Source: Vitrella brassicaformis CCMP3155 (lineage: Eukaryota > Protista > Chromerida). From it: a DNA stretch of 28,603 nucleotides. Below, one piece after another: positions 20,588-28,603 of this stretch. The notes under the pieces are model-generated. The model ran no database searches, had not been told where the DNA came from, and was given only the letters and a program-made list of their open reading frames with translations. The translations under genes and the position numbers were made by a program. Every line of letters starts with the position of its first letter. The stretch's first letter is position 1. Location of the stretch: positions 1 to 28,603 of the forward strand of contig CDMY01000705.1 in NCBI GenBank assembly GCA_001179505.1, written 5' to 3'.

Positions 20588-23500
20588 ATGGCTGCCAGTA
20601 AGGTGCCTCGTCTGGTGATCTACGCCAAGGATCTCACCTTCAGCGAGGATGACAAGCTCGGTGAGTGTCACTGAGACGATGTGTGGTGGCAGGGGGCTGT
20701 CACGGGCATCCTTGTTGTGTCTGGGGCACACAGGAAGGGGGGGATTTGGAGTTGTGTACCGGGGCGTCTTCAGGGGGCGGCCCGTGGCCGTCAAGATCGC
20801 CCACCCGAGCGAAGAGCTCGACATGCACGTACGTGCGAACACACAGCCTGAGGGGGAGGAGGATTCCCTCACTGGTGGGGTGACCTCCGTGTGTGTGTGT
20901 GTGCCTTCTGTGTCTGTGCAGGAACAGTTCATTGAGGTTTTGCGAGAGGTGGAGCCCATGCAGCATCTGCGTCATCCCAACATCGTAGAGTTCCTGGGCG
21001 TCTGTGCGGCGGACAAAAAGCACGGACTCATGATCGTCACCGGTGAGGGCTGCCGCTCCTTCGCTGCGTTCATCTGACTTCCTCTGTGTGTCTGCTCGCC
21101 ATTCTCATCAGAGTTGTGTGAGGGCGGCTCTCTGGCGGCCTATCTGGCCACGAACAGACCACTGAAGCCCGAAGTGCGAGACAGACTCATAAGAGAGGTA
21201 CGGATACGGAAGAGCAGACAGACAGCCGGCGTCAGGCGTCTCATCTCTGTGTGTGTGTGTCGATTGCCGTCAGATATGTGAAGGAGTGCAGTATCTTCAC
21301 GACCACGGGATCGCTCACCTGGACCTTAATCCGGCGAACATTCTGGTGAGGGAAGCCATCTCTCAGTCGACGGCTGCAGGCGGCTGTCATGTCACACCTG
21401 TTTGTCAGTTGACTGAGGGGCTTGTGGCGAAGATATCTGACTTCGGCATGACGCGCAACACTCAGAGGACAACGAGCTCCTTTGCAGGTGGCCAGAGACA
21501 CCCTGACAGAGACCAAAGTGAATGCACTCAATCGCACTGATGCCCGGTGCTGCAGGCGGGGGGACCTACAACTTCATGTCTCCCGAAGGATTGGATCCTG
21601 AGAAGCGTAAGTGCGTGAGAAGTTTCGTGTGGACGGCGGCCTTTGTATGACTGCTTGTGTGTGCAGTGGGGAAGCCTTCGATTCAGTCGGATAGTGGGGA
21701 AGCCTTCGATTCAGTGGCGAGCTACACGGAGGTCAGCACAGTCGTCTGCCCACGAGTCAGACGCAATATTATTGAGGCATCAGCTGAGATTTGCGGCGCT
21801 CAGGCGGGCCGCCCTTCGAAGGCCAAAGCCCCGCCGCCATCATCACAGCAGTTGTGGTCCGGAAGCAGGTGACACTCCACTTCTCTTGTTGTCCGCTCCC
21901 TGTCCTGCTTTCATTCGGTGTCTCCCTTCATGTCAGATTCCGGCCATCCCGGCATCCCTGCCGGCGAACGTCAAGAATGCCATCAAGGCAAGAAAGACAT
22001 CATGCGTATCGATTACATACTCTCTTCTCTGTCCCCTCTCTGCGTTTATCAGAGTTCTTTTGCCTACAAAGCGGCTAACCGCCCGACAGCCAAACAAGTC
22101 ACACACACACACACTCGGGCAGAGATTGCTCATCTCTTTGCTGCGCCTTGCTGCTCATCCCATGGCAGGTCCTCGACAAGTTGGGCATCTCTCCTTCGTC
22201 TGGGAGTCAAAGCGGGACAGCAGCTGACTCGCAGGCACCGCCGCGGTTCCGCTGGGGATTCTTCCGCGGGGCGGGCGAGAGAGTTAAAGGTGATCACTGA
22301 CTGACATGAGGCTGCTCTCTGCTCTGTTTGCACATCTTGCGGTCAAATGCAGGCAGTGCGTCATCTCCTGGTGTGTCTGCTGTCGGCCATTCGTCGGGTG
22401 TCCACATGAGCACGGCCAGCACCACAACGGGGACGACGAGCAGTGTGGTCAAAAAGACCTCTCAGCCGCTGTCACAGCACATAGGTCCGCGACACACACA
22501 CACACACACAGCGAGAGACACAGCGCCACATGATCTGTCTGTGTCGTGCAGCGTCCCCCGCCCAGCAGCCATCAGCAAAGACGCCGCCGAGCGCCCCACA
22601 GCCGCAGATCAAACACGTCAGGAAGACAGAGACTGAATCCCACACGTCAATGGGCCGCTGCTCTTGTGCTGATTGTGTGTCAGAGTGACATCTGGAAGGC
22701 TGTCGACGCCGGCGATCTTCCGGCGGTTCGTTCGCTCATCGCTCGAGACGGCAAGAACATACTCGACAAACGAGACGAGAGCAATTCCGACAAGGTATGC
22801 GATCGTGAAGACGACAGAAATGCACTCAGCAGTCTTTGATGCGTTCTCATTTATGCGCGTAGAAAACACCCTTCCTGTTGACTGCAAAAAGGGGTCACGT
22901 GGGCATCATGAAAGTCATGTATGAGAGCAAACCTGACGTACTGCAGCAAACAGACGAGGTACCGACACAGACAAACCATCCTCTGTGTTGCTGCTGAAGA
23001 GATGTGTGTCGGCTGTGATGCAATGCAGACTGGCTCGAATGCTCTGCACTTGGCTGCCTTCGATGGCCGTCTTGCGGCGGTCAAGCAGCTGCTGGAGTGG
23101 GATCCCAAACTGGTCGATGCACGGACCAAGGTAACAGAGCACAGACACGTCTCTGACACGTCAGTGTGTGTGTGTGTGTATGTGTGTTGATTGCAGAGTG
23201 GGTGGTGGGGGCCAGGCGCCACGCCATTCATCTATGCTGCCGTCAATGGTCATGTCGAGGTGCTGAAGGTTCTGTATGCCAAAGGAGGGGAGGACCTGCT
23301 CACTCAGACGGACAAGGTGAGACCTCACCCACGAAAAAACACAAAATGCCTCTCATCTGATTGATTGCCTTTCTTTTGTTCGCATGACACACACAGTTCG
23401 GCAGGACGGCACTCCACAAGGCTGTATCCTATAGCCGCTCTGCAGTTGTGTCTCTGCTGTGGGCCACACAGATGACTGACTGACGCGAGTGTCTTCTCCA

Positions 23501-23715
23501 CTCTCTGTCTCTCTGTGTGTCATTCTCAAAGGCTCGAGTGGGGCGGCAGTGCTCTGCTCGACATCAAAGACAAAATTGTGAGTGCACACAGACATTCACA
23601 CCATCGATGGGTCGAGTGATGTGCTCATCACATCTCGTGACGACAGGGGAAGACGCCCTGGGACGAGGCGGCGAGCAAGCCGGAGATCAGAGAGATCATG
23701 GTGAAGTACAAGTGA
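20588..23715 (+). pseudogene. TKL-type kinase-linker-ankyrin repeat gene (K2-ANK2), disrupted in kinase subdomain IX
   Basis: Kinase exons 20588-20660, 20734-20828, 20922-21042, 21112-21197, 21274-21345, 21409-21487, 21556-21606, 21667-21731 (lesion, frameshift), 21804-21868, 21937-21987 (GC donor), 22053-22097. Linker exons 22169-22289, 22353-22484, 22552-22616. Ankyrin exons 22684-22794, 22863-22958, 23029-23130, 23197-23316, 23397-23458, 23532-23577, 23647-23715. All junctions after the lesion are phase-compatible. Confidence 0.8.
21665..21715 (+). repeat. 23-bp direct duplication at the kinase lesion
   Basis: AGTGGGGAAGCCTTCGATTCAGT at 21665-21687 and 21693-21715, separated by CGGAT. Confidence 0.95.
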
Positions 23716-25813
23716 TTGCTTGATGTGACCTCTCGTGCGAAAGGTGTGTGGCGTGATGATTGTGTGAAGCGGTATGGTTGTTGTGTGAAGTGCGTAAGGC
23801 CCTTGTGTCTGTCTGGTGTCGGTGTGTGTGTCTCTGTGTGTGTCTGTCTTTGTGTCGGCAGCTGCCACACTTGTCTTGCCAGTGGTGCATTGCTTGTCTC
23901 ATCGCGTCTCAATCGCACACAGGCAGACAGACATACACAGACAGATGGGCTGTGATATGTGTTTTGGGTCGTCGGCAATATCGTTCAGTGTGTGGCTGCG
24001 GTGGTATGTGGTGTGTGGGGATGAGTGGGAGAGGGACAAAGGTCGATGAGTTCAAGCGACGGATGTGCGCTCATTAGCTCCAGTCCAGACTGAAGGAAAT
24101 TTGTGCAGGTCTCCCCATCGATGGGTCTGCCCATGGGTGTGTGTGGGAAGAGTCAATCATAGGGCCAAGTCGAGAGAGACATGTGAAGGCGAGTGCCTTT
24201 CAGTGATCGGTCCATATATATCTTATCTAATGTCCATCCTACTTTTCTGGCTAGGCATGACATCCACTCAACGATCCACCCACGCCGCCCACCCACTGGT
24301 CAGCCCGCCGTGAGTGAGTGATCAGATATCGACAAAACAGCCAGCTGGGGGGCTGACTGACTGAGTCAAGGCAGCAGCAGGCAGCCGCTAGCAAGAAAGA
24401 CACACACGTACGTCGCGCGATGGATGGATGGATGGATGGACGGACGGATGGATGCAACGCCTTCGATCGCTCACACACTCATGCAGTGTATATACAGCCA
24501 CGGCAGCCGAGCGATCAATGACTGACTGTACACACATGAGCACACAGGCGGAGAGAGAGAGAGATGTGCATGTGTGTGTGTGTATGTGTGTGCTAGCCAC
24601 ACGCGTGATGCATACGTCATGTGTGTATGCTCTCAGTCACTGCCTACACTAAGGAGTCCCTCCCCCCAACCGAAAGAGGCGCCGACCTGCGCGTCTGTAC
24701 AGTGCAGGTGCGTGCGGGAAAAGCACCAAAACCCTCCCCTCCCTCCTCTCGCCGATCTCGGCTGTCTGTCTGCTTGTCTGTCTGTCTGTCTGTGGCGCAT
24801 CGGTGTGGGCGATCGATCAAACACACGATGCAGCAGCCGTGAGGATGAAACCCTGCCAACCACCCCCACCCCCTTGCTACGCATCTCATGCCATCCTCAG
24901 CTAAGCCGGCGTGACTGTGTGGAGCGAACACATACGCAAACACACAAGACGGTGTGGGTCGGTGGAAATCTGAGAGAGTGAGGGAGTGAGTGAAGCGCTT
25001 CAAAACGGACAGTGAGTGTGGCAAAACCGCCGCTGGAATGCAAAAGGGGAGGGAAGAAGCGCATTCAAGCCAAGGTGAAACAGCACCCCACCCAATGCAG
25101 CGATGCATGCATCGATGGACCCCCTCCTCCACTAATTCTGCCTCGTGTGATGCATTCATTATGCACCTGTGAGTGCACGGCCAGGCAAAAGGCGGCGGGC
25201 AAAGTTACCCTCTCTCCACACACAGCACAGAGGTACCACCAGGCACACCCATCTCAGGCAGGCAGGCTGGAAGCAACACGATATGAGCCAAAAGGGGCGT
25301 CCAAGCAGCATGTATGTATCCATCGACGCGACGAGTGGGCCTTCGCGCGATGCAATCAGCCTAGCTAGCTAGCTTGCTATGGCCATATCTGCCTCTCCGT
25401 GGGCATGGCGTCTGTCTGCACAAGGAATGGAATGGGATGGGGCGAAGGAGGGCGACAAGGGACCTGGGGGGCAGCAGTGCGGTCATCCCGGCTGCTGCCT
25501 GCCCTCCAGAAGCTAGCTATCCGTGCCGACCATCCGGCGAAATGACACCCACCTCTCTGTCTGTCTGTCTGTCTGCCTGCCTGTGTCTTTTGCTGTGAGT
25601 GAGTGAGTGGTCGGCAAGTCTGTCTGCACAAATGAATTAGAGAGGCAGAGCGTTCATTCGTCAGGCTGGCAGGCTGGCAGAAGCTACGTACGCTAAGAGC
25701 AACAAGACATCCCTGCACCCACTCCCCAATCTGCACACCGTCCCTCTCCCCCTTCCCCCTCCCTCATCCCTCTCCCTTGCTACATCATCATTATCATTGC
25801 ATTGCCACTATCG

Positions 25814-27508
25814 TTATGAGAGCGCCGCCCAGATGAGCTGCGGCAGGTGGGACAGAACGGTCGAGAAGACAATGGCCATGAGCACCACCACCACGGCACT
25901 CTTGACGTTCGCCACGCTAAGGCCCCACACCCGGCCCTCCCGGCCGTCGTCCGCGTCGCCCTCCCACCCACCGCACTCGCCATCGTCGGACGATGAGGAC
26001 TCCTCGCCCATTTTGTCTATGGACGGCGGGACGGGCTGCCCATTAGCTGTGCCACCCACACCCACGGCCCCGCTGCTGCCGCTGCTACTGCCGCCAACGC
26101 CCTTGGATGCCGCACGCACCTCGGCTTCGCACAACTCGCCCAGGTAGGCCTGACATAAAGACACCACACAGACGCATACACACAAACAAGGAGAGAGGGA
26201 GGGCGTAGGTACCTGGAGAGGCCTGGTGCGGTTGGCCCTGGTGTGAGTGGTGAAGCCGCTCCAGTCGCCCCCCTTGTGTGTGGGTGTGGAGGGGGCCGAC
26301 TCGTTTGCATGGTGTGACAGGGACGGGGAGGGGGCCACACTGACGCACGGCGGCTGTTGGTGGTGGGGCTGGTGGTTGGTGTGGGTGGTCGTCATGTTGT
26401 GGTGGATGTGCAGGTTGGGCGTGGTCGTCCCCGCACTCGTACTGGCACTGGCCTGGGTGCGCGTCACGCTCGCAGACGACTCGGTGTGATCCACCGCCAC
26501 CCCGCCGCCGCCACCAGCACCGCCCCCAGCCCCACTAAGAGGTTGGTCGAGTGGCCTGGGGCGGTATGTGATGACCCGGCAGGCGCCTGCGTCAGGGTGC
26601 TGGTTGATCTGGTGGGCGATCATCTTGACGGCGCGCATGAGGCGCTCGGGGTCGTTGGCGGCCACGCAGACGACCCGCTCGCTGCAGGACTCCTCGGGCG
26701 AGACGAACAGCGGCGAAATCGTCACTGTCGCACCAGTGTCCTCCCGGATCGACTTAACGTGCGCCTGACACACACACAGACAGACACCACTCAGCACGTG
26801 TGTCATGTGCCGGATGCGTCAGGTGTGGTGGCCCACCCCGTTCGGTCCGATGAGGAATCCGACGACCATCCGCGGCACGACGAACTTACAGCTAACCCGG
26901 GCGAGTTTGAGCATGTCGGCGCCCCTGCAGACGCGGTCGACCACCCAGTACATGGCCTGCTGCACCATCTCCCGCTGCCCACTGATGGCGGCCACCCGCT
27001 CGTTGGTGCCGGGGAAGTAGCAGCCGTGCGGCGACAGGACGATCTTGGCGCCCGTCTCCCGCTGCAGCTCCATGATGGTGCGCCCGCTGCGGCCGATGAT
27101 CGAGCCCGCCACCGTGTTGGTCACCAACATCTTCAGGTACCTGCACAACACAAACATGGCAGCAGTGTGGGGGGGCGGGTGGGTGGGCTCCTCTCTCCCC
27201 TGGTTTCTGTCTGGATGTGCTGACTGAGTCACCCACCAGTAGGGCGCGTCTTCAACGTCGTGGCGGACGTCCAGGTCGCCCAACAGGTTACTACTGCCCG
27301 TGCTAGTGGCCGCACACCCGAACGCTCCGCCGCCAAACACTGACGGCCCGCTGGGCTCTGGGAAGTTGGGCATGTTCATCTGCGCCACAGGGGCAGCTAT
27401 GGGTGCGAACATCTGGCCGTCATTGGCCTTGTGGGGGGCGGCCGCTGTGGTCAGGGGCGGCACGGTTGCCATGCCCGATGGAACGAAGGGGAGGGCTGAA
27501 GCCTTCAT
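25814..27508 (-). CDS. Nova/BTR1-type KH-domain RNA-binding protein (2 KH) with an N-terminal PAM2-like motif and a C-terminal transmembrane anchor, 487 aa
   Basis: Exons 27508-27237, 27140-26837, 26764-26213, 26149-25814 (total 1464 nt, in frame). KH1: YLKMLVTNTVAGSIIGRSGRTIMELQRETGAKIVLS...FPGTNERV. KH2: KFVVPRMVVGFLIGPNGAHVKSIREDTGATVTIS...ERVV. The protein starts MKASALPFVP and ends SAVVVVLMAIVFSTVLSHLPQLIWAALS*. Confidence 0.88.
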
Positions 27509-28603
27509 CTCAATCAATCGACAACCAACTCAACCATCAAACCAAACCACCTGCACACCCACAAACAAACGAAGGCACAGAGAGAGAGAGAGGGAGGGAG
27601 GGAGGGAGCGTTAATGTCAGAGAAAACCCAGCGGACGAGTGTGCTGGTGGCCTTCTGACCTTCAGGAGCGGCCTGTTTGCCCTCGACTAAGACAAATATC
27701 GCCAATGAGCCAATGAAAACCTCCACAGCTGCACAACACGCACATCCACACGTGCGCATTGGTCGGGCCAGCGTCCAGTGCGTTCCCATCGCCATCCTCT
27801 GCCTTACCGACGGATAGATCTCTGCTGTCTTCTGCTTATGGGATGGGACGGGCGGCAGCTGGGAAGGGAGAGATGCGGGGTGATATATGGCTGAAAAGTG
27901 GAAAGGGGTGAGTGAGGTGATGCTGCTGCAACTGCCCGTCTTAGGATACAGGGAAGATATCGAAATGCCATCCGCAGCAGCGGTTTCAGGGAGCACCCTA
28001 GGCGGCCTGGCCATCATCCTGCGCGCTGAGACTGGGGGCTACTGGGGGCACTCTGGAGTTTGTGGACGGACGTGGAACTTTGACCTTTTCAACTCGAAGA
28101 TCCGAAAGCATCATTCATCGGCCAGCGTGTTTGCAAAGAAAGACTGACCGTCGAGTAGCAGCACCGTCATCCCGAGTCCGCCCGACTCGCATCGCTTTCC
28201 ATCGCATCGTTTCCCTCTCTTTCTTCGCATCGTTCTCCCGCCTTTGCAGCGCCGCAGAGCGCTGTCGTCGTGTGGGGTCTGTGCGACCCTCCCGCTCCGC
28301 AGTGCAACGACTGTGGACACCCCCCTCTCCTTCCCATTTTGCCTTTCTTCCCCCGTTCGGCTCAACTTGAGAGCCTTCCATCCTTTGCTCCATCCAGTGA
28401 CCCCCTCGGGTCGCCTGTCGGTCTCCACTGTGCACTGAGTGAGCGTCTCCCGTACTGCAATGGGCGCCCAACAAAGCAACCACGTCAGGCCCTCTGAAAA
28501 GGTCAGCTGAGTAGCCAGCCATGGGGGATGCACTGTGCGTGACTTCACTGTGTGGGTCGCATTTGTTCAGACGTGCTGCGGGTGCTTTCTGTCGCGTCAC
28601 GAG

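Larger units (their letters stand above)
1..28603. repeat. Pervasive intronic and intergenic microsatellites: (CA/TG)n, (GACA/TGTC)n, (GA/TC)n, (GGAT/ATCC)n, (TACA/TGTA)n
   Basis: Directly visible in most introns, e.g. 2900-2960, 7406-7450, 8180-8235, 15260-15460, 17090-17165. Confidence 0.95.

Noticed and set aside
23716-25800. Numerous short ORFs in a 2-kb region
   Set aside because: Microsatellite-derived low-complexity translations with no consistent exon chain; treated as UTR or intergenic.
27514-28603. ORFs upstream of the KH gene (e.g. 27887-28147 +, 27514-28017 -)
   Set aside because: No recognisable domains; more simply explained as the 5' UTR/promoter of the KH gene, with a probable UTR intron acceptor near 27553.

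Overview
Intron-rich eukaryotic genomic DNA. Short introns are packed with (CA)/(TG), (GACA)/(TGTC), (GA)/(TC) and (GGAT) microsatellites, and two genes appear plastid-targeted; my inference is a chromerid alveolate such as Vitrella brassicaformis. Most ORFs in the six-frame track are partial exons or microsatellite artefacts, so I rebuilt gene models by hand from GT/GC-AG junctions. From left to right: TKL-type kinase K1 (-), a 359-bp foldback/MITE-like element, a probable importin-beta3 3' remnant (+), ankyrin-repeat gene ANK1 (-), a Rubisco-LSMT-like SET methyltransferase (-) head-to-head with a phytyl-ester-synthase-like hydrolase/acyltransferase (+), a UFSP2-like protein lacking its catalytic Cys/His/Tyr (+), a degenerate hemerythrin-like protein (-), a kinase-linker-ankyrin gene K2-ANK2 with a frameshifting lesion (+), and a Nova-type two-KH RNA-binding protein with an N-terminal PAM2-like motif and a C-terminal membrane anchor (-). 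Main highlights: (1) a rearranging kinase-ankyrin family with roughly one repeat per phase-0 exon and variation concentrated on the ankyrin binding surface; (2) complementary microsatellites polarised within introns; (3) the pseudo-UFSP; (4) the tail-anchored KH/PAM2 protein. No rRNA, tRNA or CRISPR array was recognised. All family assignments come from motif recognition, not database searches.
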